A stretch of 42,305 nt of DNA from a virus (IMGVR_UViG_3300035037_000234:1-42305), one strand, 5' to 3'. Positions 16,989 through 27,256 are shown, counted from the first letter of the stretch. Program-made: numbers and translations. Notes: generated by a model from the letters alone, not told the origin.

Positions 16989-17937
16989 ATTTTTCTAAAG
17001 TTTCTTTTTTAATATTTTCTAAATCTTCTTCTGATAATGATTCTATTAAAGAATCTATTCCTTGATACTTTTCTTCTTTATACTTATACCATGCTCCACT
17101 CTTTTCGATAATACCTAATTTAACAGCCTCAACAATTAGTGTTTTATTATTATTTATTCTTCCGTCAAAATATAATTCAAATGTACCTTTTCTTAATGGT
17201 GGGGCAGTTCTATTTTTATTTATTCTAAAATTAACTTCTATCCCTTCTGGCTCTTCAACTTTACCAATCCAATTTCCTTTTCTCATCCAAATAATGATAT
17301 CAGATTGATTTTTAAGTTGAGTTCCACCAGGCATATATTCTGCAGACCCCCATCCAGATATTGAATCTCTTAATTGATTTATTATCAACACAGATGTTTT
17401 TATATCTTTTAGTCTAACAGTTATTTTTCTCATCATTAGTCCAACTTCTTTAGCTATACCTCCCATAGACTTCTGATCAACCGAAGCTTCTAATTCTTTT
17501 TTAGAGGGAGTTGCTGCAACTGAATCAAATACTAACAAATCTAACTCTCCAGTAGCTAATAATGGTTCAACTGTATCTGAAACTTCTTCAATTGTCTCTG
17601 GTCTTGCTACTATAAGTTTATCAGGTTGAACACCAAACTTAGAAGCCCAAACGGGATCAAAGCTTCCTTCAGTATCTATTAAAGCTACTTTACCTTCTTT
17701 CTTTTGAAACTGAGCAATGACATTCATAGAAGTAGTTGTTTTACCAGCTGAATATTTACCCGCTAAAGTAACAACTCTTCCTTTAGGGAAGCCTCCTCCA
17801 GATGCTAAATCTAAAGCAAAAATACCAAAACTTGTTCTATCATATTCTTGATATAGACCATATTTAGCATAATCATTTCCAAATTTTTTATTTAATTGTT
17901 TTATTACTTTATCTAATTCATTCATTATTATCCTCAT
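16972..17937 (-). CDS. recA: RecA recombinase
   Basis: GGFPKGR, Walker A GKYSAGKTT, IDTEGSFDP, VFDSVAA, INQLR, PGG, KNRTAPP, KSGAWY. Confidence 0.96.
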   Translation of the reverse strand: MRIIMNELDKVIKQLNKKFGNDYAKYGLYQEYDRTSFGIFALDLASGGGFPKGRVVTLAGKYSAGKTTTSMNVIAQFQKKEGKVALIDTEGSFDPVWASKFGVQPDKLIVARPETIEEVSDTVEPLLATGELDLLVFDSVAATPSKKELEASVDQKSMGGIAKEVGLMMRKITVRLKDIKTSVLIINQLRDSISGWGSAEYMPGGTQLKNQSDIIIWMRKGNWIGKVEEPEGIEVNFRINKNRTAPPLRKGTFELYFDGRINNNKTLIVEAVKLGIIEKSGAWYKYKEEKYQGIDSLIESLSEEDLENIKKETLEKYEKQT

Positions 17938-18103
17938 AAAATATTGTTATTACTATACTATTGCAAACTTCATTTTGCAATATTTTAATAATTGTTATTT
18001 CATTTAAATTTTTTAAAAAATCATTAATCTCTTTTTCTAATTCATCTACTTGATAAATATGATGTTTAAATATTTTAACTTTTTTCATTTTTACAATCCT
18101 CAA
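17918..18103 (-). CDS. Small hypothetical protein
   Basis: KVKIF...LEKEINDFL pattern; packed between ruvC and recA. Confidence 0.6.
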   Translation of the reverse strand: MRIVKMKKVKIFKHHIYQVDELEKEINDFLKNLNEITIIKILQNEVCNSIVITIFYEDNNE

Positions 18104-18710
18104 CGAAAGCTAAACCTAAAACAATTGAATCAGCTATATCTTCGCCAATTCCGGTTTCTTCCCATATTTTATTACTTAATTTATTTAATCTATAATCCAA
18201 TTTACCTTTATTCTTTTTACTTTTTTTTCTTTCTTCTACTGTTACTCCTTTTCTAGCTGGTATTATTGGAAATTCTTCTATTAATTCATCATATTCTTCT
18301 TTATATTTTTCTATCTTATCACTTGAGATAAATTTATATTTTTCTAAAACAAATAACTGAACTTCTGCTTTATGAGATCTTCCATTAATACCAACAAGCT
18401 TTCTAGCTGTTGACGCCATATAAAAATTTGGTTCTTTATACTTATTTTTTACCCAAGAGTAAACAACAGCACCGGACAATCTAGCTAACTCTCTAATCCC
18501 CGCAAAGTTAGTTCCATAATACAAATCTTCAATCACTAAATCTGTTATGTTGTTATACAATCCTTCAATTCTAGAAACGATGTAATGAATCTTAAAAGAA
18601 TTTGAAAGTTCTTTCGCGGGGATTATTGAATTCTTCTCTAAAAGACTTCCATTTTTAGAGAATATTGAATATCCAGTATTTTTAAGAGACAAATCTAAAC
18701 ATAGATGCAT
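18075..18710 (-). CDS. ruvC: RuvC-like Holliday junction resolvase
   Basis: LCLDLSLKNTGY, VIED, K.VG.NGR..KAEV, DIADSI. Confidence 0.82.
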   Translation of the reverse strand: MHLCLDLSLKNTGYSIFSKNGSLLEKNSIIPAKELSNSFKIHYIVSRIEGLYNNITDLVIEDLYYGTNFAGIRELARLSGAVVYSWVKNKYKEPNFYMASTARKLVGINGRSHKAEVQLFVLEKYKFISSDKIEKYKEEYDELIEEFPIIPARKGVTVEERKKSKKNKGKLDYRLNKLSNKIWEETGIGEDIADSIVLGLAFVEDCKNEKS

Positions 18711-18712
18711 TA

Positions 18713-19357
18713 TTAAAGTCCCAAGTCTTCAAATATATCGTCATCATCCTCATCCTCTATAGCATCTTCTTTTTTAGATTTTTTCTTTTTTGTTTTTTTA
18801 GTTGCTTTTTTAAATTTAGCTTTCTTAATATTCTTTTCTGTATCTTCTTCAAATTCATCTGCTAATTCATCTTGAGTCTTTTCTAATCCCTTTATTGATA
18901 CCTTCTCAATGTTGTGGAATGTTATTGTTTCCTCACCTTCATTCTTATTAACTGTTGTATTAGAAATCATTAACTTACATTGAGTTCCAAACAAATCTTT
19001 TAACTGTACTTTTTCACCTGATTCTGGCTCTTCTCCAGTTAGTTGACAGTATCGTTCATAAGCTTTACTTGTTCTAGGTGCGCCTGTAAATTTCTGTGAT
19101 GTTTTTTCAATAATATTAGCTTGGATATTCACACCATCTGAATTTTCAATTTCAAATTCCTCTCCTAATAACTCATATACCCAAATCCAAGCAGGAAATT
19201 CTTTTCCTTTATATGTTTTTTTCCCAGATTTTATTTCAACTAATTTAGCTCTATGCCAAGTGTCTTCTTCTATCTCACCCTGGTAATAATTACCAGACGT
19301 TCCTCCACTTTGGCTTGAAGATACTGTTACTTCTAATCCATCAAATTCATTAGTCAT
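18713..19357 (-). CDS. Putative single-stranded DNA-binding protein
   Basis: Beta-rich core and an acidic tail ending DDDDIFEDLGL; replication context. Confidence 0.55.
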   Translation of the reverse strand: MTNEFDGLEVTVSSSQSGGTSGNYYQGEIEEDTWHRAKLVEIKSGKKTYKGKEFPAWIWVYELLGEEFEIENSDGVNIQANIIEKTSQKFTGAPRTSKAYERYCQLTGEEPESGEKVQLKDLFGTQCKLMISNTTVNKNEGEETITFHNIEKVSIKGLEKTQDELADEFEEDTEKNIKKAKFKKATKKTKKKKSKKEDAIEDEDDDDIFEDLGL

Positions 19358-19562
19358 TGTTCTTCATCCTTTCTTCTGTTTTAATTGATTCTAGTTCTTC
19401 ATTAACTATTTTCTTTGATATTTGTAATAGTTTATTACTTACCTCCTTTAATTGCTCACCAATTACTTTACCTTTTATTTCTTTTTCTAAAGTAATACCA
19501 ATTCTAGCTGTCTGATAATTTCCTAAATTAATATTTCTTGAATAATTTTTAGATATTTTCAT
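19350..19562 (-). CDS. Hypothetical protein
   Basis: YSRNINLGNYQTARI motif, a small phage family. Confidence 0.65.
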   Translation of the reverse strand: MKISKNYSRNINLGNYQTARIGITLEKEIKGKVIGEQLKEVSNKLLQISKKIVNEELESIKTEERMKNND

Positions 19563-19619
19563 CTTAACTCTATCTCCAATTTAATGTTCATTATCTTACC
19601 TCCTTATTTATATTATATA

Positions 19620-20666
19620 TTATTTTTGTAACATTATCTTTAAAAATTTTAATTCACTATTATCTTTTGGGTTAACATAACCCGACATTAATGATTCTAA
19701 TTCTGTTAAATCTTTAGTAATCTGATATAGTACTTTTAATGGATAATTTTTATTTTTAAGCTTATCAATTTTATATTTATTAACCCCCTTACTCCAACCT
19801 TTCTTTATAAATAATATTTCTTTTGCTTGATATTTTACTGTACTAACTATATCCTCATATCTTTTACCATTCGCATTTAAAGTATATAAAACATCAAAAA
19901 ATTTATTAAAATTTTTCTGTATTAAATAATCTAACAAATCATATACATCTTTTTCATTTACTATATTTAAAGACTCTTCTAATATTTTTATTGTTAATTC
20001 CTCTTCTGTATTATTTAAAGCTATCTCTAAATAATTAATAGCATCTCTCATTGTATTATTACTTTGGTTAGCTATTGTATAAAATATTCTATCATCTTTA
20101 TATTTTATACCTTCTTTATCGGTTATATATTTTAATCTATTTTTTATATCAGTAAATCTAATAGGTCTTGTATAAAACGATAAACATCTTGACTTAATTG
20201 TATTTAATAATTTCATTGGCTCTGTAGTGCAGAACATAAATTTAGTAGAAGAAGATGGCTCTTCCAATACTTTCAATAAAGCATTTCCAGCTTGACTTGT
20301 TAATTGATGTGCTTCATCTATTATATATATTCTATATTTTCCCCAAGGTTTTTTATATGAATTTTCTTTTAATTTTCTTACTTCATCTATTCCTCTATTA
20401 CTTGCTGCGTCTATTTCTATTATATCAAAATTATTTACTTTAGTTGTTGCACAATCTTCACAAATATCATTTTTAAAATGTTCACAATTTAAAGCAACAG
20501 CTAATAATCTTGCTAATGTTGTTTTACCAGTTCCATACTTTCCTGCAAATAAATAAGCATTATGTATCTTATTTTTCTTTATACTTTGAACTAAAGTTTT
20601 TACAATTTGGTCTTGGCCTACTACTTCTTTAAAATATCTTGGTCTGTATTTATTTATTAAGCTCAT
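19620..20666 (-). CDS. dnaX: DNA polymerase III gamma/tau-like clamp loader ATPase
   Basis: KYRP..F.EVVGQ, HNAYLFAG.YGTGKTT, EIDAASNRGIDEVR, IIDEAH, NALLKVLEEP, TIKSRC, MRDA. Confidence 0.95.
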   Translation of the reverse strand: MSLINKYRPRYFKEVVGQDQIVKTLVQSIKKNKIHNAYLFAGKYGTGKTTLARLLAVALNCEHFKNDICEDCATTKVNNFDIIEIDAASNRGIDEVRKLKENSYKKPWGKYRIYIIDEAHQLTSQAGNALLKVLEEPSSSTKFMFCTTEPMKLLNTIKSRCLSFYTRPIRFTDIKNRLKYITDKEGIKYKDDRIFYTIANQSNNTMRDAINYLEIALNNTEEELTIKILEESLNIVNEKDVYDLLDYLIQKNFNKFFDVLYTLNANGKRYEDIVSTVKYQAKEILFIKKGWSKGVNKYKIDKLKNKNYPLKVLYQITKDLTELESLMSGYVNPKDNSELKFLKIMLQK

Positions 20667-21694
20667 TATACCTCCATTCCTAAGAATAAATAAAGCATTC
20701 CTTTATTCTTAATAATTATTGGTTTATCACTATTTTCTACTTCTAAAGTTACTTTTTTATCTGGTAATACCTGAAGAATATTTAAAAGATAATTAGGATT
20801 AAATCTTAACTCCAATTCTTTATTATTAAAATCAATTTCTAATTCTTCTTCATAAAATACTTTTTCTGATTCCCCTTTAATTTTTAAATTCTTTTTTGTT
20901 ATTAAAACATTAACTGAATCAGAATTTGAAATCTTAGTTCTCTCCAAAGCTTGAATTAAATTATTTTTATTTATAACCACATTAAATGAATTTTTTGTAA
21001 TTATACTTTTATAATCAGGGTATTCACCATCAATTAATGAAGATATAATATTAAATTCTTTATTAGAAAATTTAACTTGATTATTAGAAAGAAAAATATC
21101 AAATTCACCAGAAATATTCTGTAACATTTCTGCCACAGGGTAAGATAATAAAAAAGAATTATTTAATTTATTTATTTTTCTTATTCCTAAAGTAAATCCA
21201 TCTGTTGCTACTAATTTATCTTTATCAAAATAAATACTATATAATTCAACTCTTCCGGAACTAATAGAATTTCTTGAAGCAAAACTAACATCTTTTAAAA
21301 ATTTATTATCAAAAGACCCTATTGACTTACCCCAATCTTTTGTTTTAAGTTCTGGATATTCTTCATGATTAAATAAATCTATATTAAACTTTATTTTATT
21401 TTGTTTTATCTGTAATTTATTTTTTATTATCTCAAAAGAACAATCCGTTTTATTTAATTTAGAAACTATCTCTTTTAAAGTTGATAGTAATACAATAATT
21501 TCTCCTTCTTGTTCAATATCTGCGTTTAAAGTAGTATCTATAATTATATCTAAATTAGTAACAGTTAATTTTAATTCCTTTTTTCCATTAGATTTTATTT
21601 TAACTCCATTTAATATTTCAATAGGGCTATTAGAAGTTAAGTTAATCTTGTTTAACGCTGTGGTTAAGTTTTCTGGGTTAAGTTTAAATTTCAT
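20666..21694 (-). CDS. dnaN: DNA polymerase III beta sliding clamp
   Basis: TNLDI, EYP, VATDG, LIDGEYPDY, FNPNYLL..L, three-domain length. Confidence 0.93.
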   Translation of the reverse strand: MKFKLNPENLTTALNKINLTSNSPIEILNGVKIKSNGKKELKLTVTNLDIIIDTTLNADIEQEGEIIVLLSTLKEIVSKLNKTDCSFEIIKNKLQIKQNKIKFNIDLFNHEEYPELKTKDWGKSIGSFDNKFLKDVSFASRNSISSGRVELYSIYFDKDKLVATDGFTLGIRKINKLNNSFLLSYPVAEMLQNISGEFDIFLSNNQVKFSNKEFNIISSLIDGEYPDYKSIITKNSFNVVINKNNLIQALERTKISNSDSVNVLITKKNLKIKGESEKVFYEEELEIDFNNKELELRFNPNYLLNILQVLPDKKVTLEVENSDKPIIIKNKGMLYLFLGMEV

Positions 21695-21715
21695 TTATTA
21701 TCTCCTTCTTTTATA

Positions 21716-24196
21716 TTATATATTATATTTTTTCATTTCTCCTAAATTTTTTCCATATTCAACATCAACAACTAAAGGCACTTTTAATTTAAGAGGATTA
21801 TTCATTATAGTATATATTTCTTTTATTTTCTTATCTAATAAATTATCCTTTATTTCAAAAATAACTGCATCATGGATATTCAAAAGCATTTTACAATCCT
21901 CTGAATCTATTCTATTAAATAGCTTAATCATTGCTATATAAACTATATCAGCACCACTTGATTGAATTACTGCATTTACTGCTTGTCTTTTTGCTACATT
22001 TCTTTTTCCTTCATCACTATTATAAATATCACTTAATCTTCTTCTTCTACCAAATATATTAACAACATATTGATTTTCTTTTAAAAATTTTATTTGATTA
22101 TTTATATAAATTTTTACTTTTGGAAATTCATAATAAAATTCATTTAATATTTTTTCTGCTTCATTATAAGAAATCCCAAAAGAACTAACAAGAACATTAC
22201 TTCCACCACCATACATAATCCCCCCAAAGACTGCTCCTTTTGCTAAAAATCTTTGCTTATCTGAAATTTTATCCTCTGAAATTTTAAATATTTTAGATGC
22301 CATACTTCGATGAATATCTTCTTTACCTGCCATTTCAATTAATTTAAGACATCCTACACAATGTGCAAATACTCTAAATTCCAACTGCTTATAATCACAT
22401 TCAACTAAAGTATATCCTTCTCTTGCTAGTATAGCTTTTCTTATTATTTTTGCTTCAGTATCCCTTTTAGGAATATTTTGTAAATTAGGCTTTGAACTTG
22501 ATAATCTTCCTGTTCTAGTTCTAGTTAAAGAATAATTTGTATGAGCTTCCTTAGCTTCTTTAGCAATTTTCTGATAATCTTTTATATAAGTTGAATAAAA
22601 TTTACAAACCTTTCTATATGCTTGAATATCTTCTAATACTTTTATTCTATGTTTTTTAGTTAGTTCCTCTAAAGTAGTATTATCAGTTGAAACATTTCCT
22701 TTTTTTGTTTTTCTAACGGGTGCTAAATTTAAAATATCAAATAATAAAGTTCGTAATTGAATTGGTGAGTTAATATTTAATTTTTCTAATTCTAATTTAT
22801 CTTTAGCTTTCTTAATATTTTTATCTTCTTGAATTTTAGATTCCAACTTATCAATAGCAAGCACAAATTTACTAGCTATTTTATCTAAGTATTCTTTATC
22901 TAATTTTATACCTCTAAATTCCATTTGCTCTATAACTCGGATAAGTGGCATTAATATTTTATAAAATAATTTATCTAAATTTTGTTCTTTTAATAATATT
23001 TTTAATTTTTTATAAACTCTAAAAGTAGTATCAGCATCTTTACAAGCATAAGAAACTAATTTATCTAATGGAGCATCCCAGATTGTAGAATTTTTATAAG
23101 TTTCCTTGTTTATATAACATTCTCCTAATAAAGTCTTTTTTGCTTTTACTTTTTCTATAATTTTTATTTTCTTTTTACCTTTAATATAATCTCCTAATTC
23201 ATCTTTATAATTACCCATATTAGTATAGATATTAGCTAGATTACTTAAATGATTAAGTCCTTCTTCATCTAATAAATAAGAAGCTACCATTGTATCAAAA
23301 TAAAAATTATTTACTTTAATCCCCTTACTTAATAAATGCTGATTATCAAACTTTCCATTCTGGGCTATTTTTTTAACATTAGATTCAAAAAATCTTTTTA
23401 ATTCTTTAAAAACAGTTTTTATTTCTTCTTTTGTTTTCCAATACCTTTTATCCTCAATTGGCACGTAGATAGCTGTTCTTTCTTTGAAACTAAAAGTTGC
23501 ACATAATATTGTATTATCAAAATACTCTAATTTATCTGTTTCTAAATCAAAAGATACTTCTTTTTGTTTTAATAATAAATCAATTACTTTTTTTAGTTTT
23601 GTTAAATTGTTAATTATTTTATAATTTTCTTTTATTTCTATACTATTCTTTTTATCAGTTAACCTATTTAATTTTCCTAAATCTGAACAAAATTCCCCAT
23701 GCTGTTTTGCTTTTCCTGCAAATCTAACTACATAACTTGGATGATAAATCGGCAGAATCCAGCAGTTATACTCATCGGACCATATTTCACTACCCCTCAA
23801 TTTAGTAACTCCTGAATTACCTGTTAGGTATTTTAAAGGAATATTCCCTAAACTTGCTATTACTTTTGGTTTTACTTTTTTAATTTCTTCGATTAAATAT
23901 TCAGAACAAGCTTTTATTTCATTTGGTTTAGGAGTTCTATTTTGAGGAGGTCTACATTTAACTACATTAGTTATATAAACATCTTTAGTATTAATCCCTA
24001 CTTTTTCTAAGTTCTTTCTTAGTAACTGTCCAGCTTTACCCACAAAAGGTTTTCTATCTACTACCTCGTTATAACCAGGTGCTTCGCTAATTAACATAAT
24101 ATTAGCATTTAAATTACCTTGCCCCATTAATTTAACGCAGGTATGTTTTCCAGCTTTTGATGTTTTATATAAGTTACATTTATTACATTTCAACAT
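21716..24196 (-). CDS. polA: Family A DNA polymerase with N-terminal family-4 uracil-DNA glycosylase and 3'-5' exonuclease
   Basis: UDG: CNKCNL, EAPG, PFVGKAG, KCRPPQNRTP, YHPSY. Exo: FDLET, QNGKFD, YACKDAD. Pol: TGRLSSSKPNLQNIP, DYKQLEFR, R..AK...FG..YG, IHDA. Confidence 0.96.
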   Translation of the reverse strand: MLKCNKCNLYKTSKAGKHTCVKLMGQGNLNANIMLISEAPGYNEVVDRKPFVGKAGQLLRKNLEKVGINTKDVYITNVVKCRPPQNRTPKPNEIKACSEYLIEEIKKVKPKVIASLGNIPLKYLTGNSGVTKLRGSEIWSDEYNCWILPIYHPSYVVRFAGKAKQHGEFCSDLGKLNRLTDKKNSIEIKENYKIINNLTKLKKVIDLLLKQKEVSFDLETDKLEYFDNTILCATFSFKERTAIYVPIEDKRYWKTKEEIKTVFKELKRFFESNVKKIAQNGKFDNQHLLSKGIKVNNFYFDTMVASYLLDEEGLNHLSNLANIYTNMGNYKDELGDYIKGKKKIKIIEKVKAKKTLLGECYINKETYKNSTIWDAPLDKLVSYACKDADTTFRVYKKLKILLKEQNLDKLFYKILMPLIRVIEQMEFRGIKLDKEYLDKIASKFVLAIDKLESKIQEDKNIKKAKDKLELEKLNINSPIQLRTLLFDILNLAPVRKTKKGNVSTDNTTLEELTKKHRIKVLEDIQAYRKVCKFYSTYIKDYQKIAKEAKEAHTNYSLTRTRTGRLSSSKPNLQNIPKRDTEAKIIRKAILAREGYTLVECDYKQLEFRVFAHCVGCLKLIEMAGKEDIHRSMASKIFKISEDKISDKQRFLAKGAVFGGIMYGGGSNVLVSSFGISYNEAEKILNEFYYEFPKVKIYINNQIKFLKENQYVVNIFGRRRRLSDIYNSDEGKRNVAKRQAVNAVIQSSGADIVYIAMIKLFNRIDSEDCKMLLNIHDAVIFEIKDNLLDKKIKEIYTIMNNPLKLKVPLVVDVEYGKNLGEMKKYNI

Positions 24197-24348
24197 AACT
24201 ACTCCTTATTATCCTAATCCTATTATATATTATCTTAAATACCCCTTAAATATAGCTAAAATCCTTTCATATCTTAGTTCTAACGAGGTTTTTAAGCTTT
24301 TTAACCTCATTATATACCTAATCCTTAAAACCGCTTAAAACGCTTGTT

Positions 24349-26604
24349 TTACTCATTATAATTAATGCTTGTTTTTCTAAATTTTTGTTGTTCTTCTTCA
24401 TCACATTCAATAAATTTTGAATTAGCAGGAAAGAATCTATAAAATAATTTTCCTTTAAAACCACTTAATTTATTCTTTGAAACATTAACAGAAATAATGG
24501 GTTTTGCTTCACCTTCTTCATCATAGAAATACATCTTAGAATTGTCATTATAAAAATCTGATTCTAATAAATAAATTGCATCTGCTTCATACTGTAATTC
24601 AACTGCTCCTTTAATTGAATCATCCTCTAAATTTTTAGCCCCCATTCCAGATTTAGTTCCCATTACTGTAGTAATAATAGGACACTCATATAAAGTAGAA
24701 CACGTTTTTAATTCTTCAGCTATTTTAATTAATTTTTCTGTATCTTGCTTACTCTGGATCTTAATCATGTGTAAAAAATCAATAAATACTACTAGATTTT
24801 TATTTTCTAAATCCATTGCTCTTTGTTTACATAATCTAATTTTCTTTGTAATAAAATTTAAATCTTGACCGTATTTTGAATCTCTTAAAGAAAATCTTTT
24901 TGCCCATCCTCTTACTTTCTTAATTGCTTCTTCAATTTTATTTGATAATTCTTTTTTAGTTTCATTATCAATGGTTTCATTATTTTCAATTCCATAAACG
25001 GGTTTTAGTACTTGATTAATTGTAGCTCCAGATATATTTGCTACCATTCTAGGAATTGTTTTAAATACGGAAGGGTCGTCAATTGAAAAATATAATACAT
25101 AATTATTTTTATCTTTTAATAGTCTTAAAGCTAAGTCTAAACAAAATGCTGATTTACCTACATTCCATTTTCCTCCAACCATATGCAATCCATTTTGTAG
25201 TCCATCCATATATTCATCAAATAATAAGTGGTGAGTTTTAAGTCCGATTAAATCTTCAGTCTTCCATCTTATTTCATCAAACTTATCAACTTCTTGTTCT
25301 AGAATATATCCTTCTTCTAAATACTCAGCGGTTGTAATTCCTTGAAGTAAATTAGTTTTATTTTCAAACTTTTTAAGTTCTTCTAGAATTGAAGTTTTTA
25401 AAACTTTCGTTTCTTCTACAATTCTACCAATTAATTTTTCTTTTAATAAAGCATCATCTACTGTATTTATAATTTCAAATAAAGAATCTCTATAAATTTT
25501 ATTTTCTGATTCTTTGTATTTTTTCAATTGAAATTCAAATATTGAAGTTTCTTCTAAATCTAAAAAAGAATTGATTCCATTTTCTTTTATAACATCATCT
25601 GGGTCTTTATTAAGAGGTAATTGTTTTATATAGGTTTGAATTTCATTTTTATTTTCTATTATTTTAATTGCTTTATTTAAAGCTTTTAAACCAGCATTAT
25701 CTCCGTCAAAACAAAGTGTTAATTTTTTAATTCCATTTTTTACGAGCCATTCATAATGTTTTTCTACGAAATTAGAACCCATTACTGCTACTACATTATT
25801 TATATTATTTTCAGCTAATGTAAAAATAGAACTGGCTCCCTCCACTAAATATGCTTCCCCATATTTTCTTGCTTTATTTAAATTATAAAGCATATTAATT
25901 GGTTTATTATCTTTCTTAATTACATGATGCATATATTTTTTATTATCTTCTTTTAAAATAGAACGGGAGGATAAAGCAATACTCAATCCATAAGCATTTC
26001 TAACTGGATATAGAATTCTATTTGTAATAGAATTAAAAGATAGATTAATTATATTTTTATCTTTAATATATTTATTATATAATTTATTATATGCTTTTTT
26101 CATTTTATCCGTATTTGGGATAAAACCTATTTGGTGAGTTTTAATTGTAGATTTCCAATTTCTTTCTTTTAAATAGGAAAGGGCTTGTTTTGGTTTATTT
26201 TTGATTAAATTTTTATTAGCTATTTCTGATAACATTTCAATGAATTTTTGAGCTTTAGAAAAATTAGTTTCTTCTTTTGTTTCTTTACCCACTTCATAAT
26301 CTATATTATATTTTTTAGCTAAATATAAAACATTATCTTCAATAAAACCTTTTCCATTAATTGGCCTTCCTTCAAGTAAATGACAAGCATTAAATATGTC
26401 ACCATTTTCCCCACAAACAAAACATTTAAAATGTTCTTTGTCGGGGTAGAAATTACATGCTACAGTTTCGTCATCATTTTGATGTTCTTTTCTATTTGGA
26501 CATTGAAAATGGGTTTCAGTAAATTTTGTTTTACTATCTTCCAAATATTCTTGTAGATAAGGTTTTAATTTATTAAGTAAATTTCCTAGATTTTTTATTT
26601 TCAT
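24349..26604 (-). CDS. DnaG-type primase / DnaB-type helicase fusion
   Basis: Zn finger CP..H...CFVC, TOPRIM LVEG...FDGDNAG, KDPDD, Walker A GGKWNVGKS, Walker B VFIDFLH, EADAI, VSKNK. Confidence 0.92.
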   Translation of the reverse strand: MKIKNLGNLLNKLKPYLQEYLEDSKTKFTETHFQCPNRKEHQNDDETVACNFYPDKEHFKCFVCGENGDIFNACHLLEGRPINGKGFIEDNVLYLAKKYNIDYEVGKETKEETNFSKAQKFIEMLSEIANKNLIKNKPKQALSYLKERNWKSTIKTHQIGFIPNTDKMKKAYNKLYNKYIKDKNIINLSFNSITNRILYPVRNAYGLSIALSSRSILKEDNKKYMHHVIKKDNKPINMLYNLNKARKYGEAYLVEGASSIFTLAENNINNVVAVMGSNFVEKHYEWLVKNGIKKLTLCFDGDNAGLKALNKAIKIIENKNEIQTYIKQLPLNKDPDDVIKENGINSFLDLEETSIFEFQLKKYKESENKIYRDSLFEIINTVDDALLKEKLIGRIVEETKVLKTSILEELKKFENKTNLLQGITTAEYLEEGYILEQEVDKFDEIRWKTEDLIGLKTHHLLFDEYMDGLQNGLHMVGGKWNVGKSAFCLDLALRLLKDKNNYVLYFSIDDPSVFKTIPRMVANISGATINQVLKPVYGIENNETIDNETKKELSNKIEEAIKKVRGWAKRFSLRDSKYGQDLNFITKKIRLCKQRAMDLENKNLVVFIDFLHMIKIQSKQDTEKLIKIAEELKTCSTLYECPIITTVMGTKSGMGAKNLEDDSIKGAVELQYEADAIYLLESDFYNDNSKMYFYDEEGEAKPIISVNVSKNKLSGFKGKLFYRFFPANSKFIECDEEEQQKFRKTSINYNE

Positions 26605-26659
26605 AATTTATTTATGATATTTAATTTATTTCAACTATTTAACGATTAATTTAATTATA

Positions 26660-27256
26660 TTATATATTATTTTTAATTGAATTTAATATTTTTTCTTTAT
26701 TTTTTTCTAAATTTTTTCTACTTAAATTTAATTTTTTACACAATTTAGACTTGCTATTATTTTCAAAAAATATTTTTTCTATAAAATCTTTTTCATTGCT
26801 AGATAAATTGCTCATAGCTTCGTCAACTGCTCGTTCATCAATTAAATGTCTAGTATCAATTTCATCTTGTATACAATCAATTAACTCTGTATTCTCATCA
26901 TCAATAATCTCGTTTAATGAAATAGTATTTAAATAACCTATATTTTTTTGAATAGGTTTACCTTTTTGAAAATAAGTCATATATTTTCTACGTAAATAAA
27001 AGTTTTCAGATGTTGCATAATAACTAGAAAACTTACATCTCCCTTTTGATAAATCAAATCTATTTAAGCATCTACAAAGAATTACTGTGTTGGAATCATT
27101 TAATAATTCATCTTTAATAAAACTTGGAAAATTATCGAAATGCCATTTATGTAATAATTTTTTAATTATGGGGTAAATTATATTTTGTATTTTAGGAATG
27201 TCTTTGTTATCGTGAGTTTTTTGATAATGAACAACTAGTGTAGTAAGCTTATCCAT
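26660..27256 (-). CDS. Phage RNA polymerase sigma factor (sigma70 family)
   Basis: Region 2 (DELLND...LNRFDLSKGRCKFSSY), ISLNE..D.ENTELIDCIQD, region 4 (AMSNLSSNEKDFI...SKLCKKLNLSR). The likely start is ATG 27256 after AAGGAGG. Confidence 0.82.
   Translation of the reverse strand: MDKLTTLVVHYQKTHDNKDIPKIQNIIYPIIKKLLHKWHFDNFPSFIKDELLNDSNTVILCRCLNRFDLSKGRCKFSSYYATSENFYLRRKYMTYFQKGKPIQKNIGYLNTISLNEIIDDENTELIDCIQDEIDTRHLIDERAVDEAMSNLSSNEKDFIEKIFFENNSKSKLCKKLNLSRKNLEKNKEKILNSIKNNI

Noticed and set aside
21716-26604. Additional inteins in the polymerase or primase-helicase (RecA also checked)
   Set aside because: Lengths are normal and there are no C/S...HN-[CST] intein block patterns.
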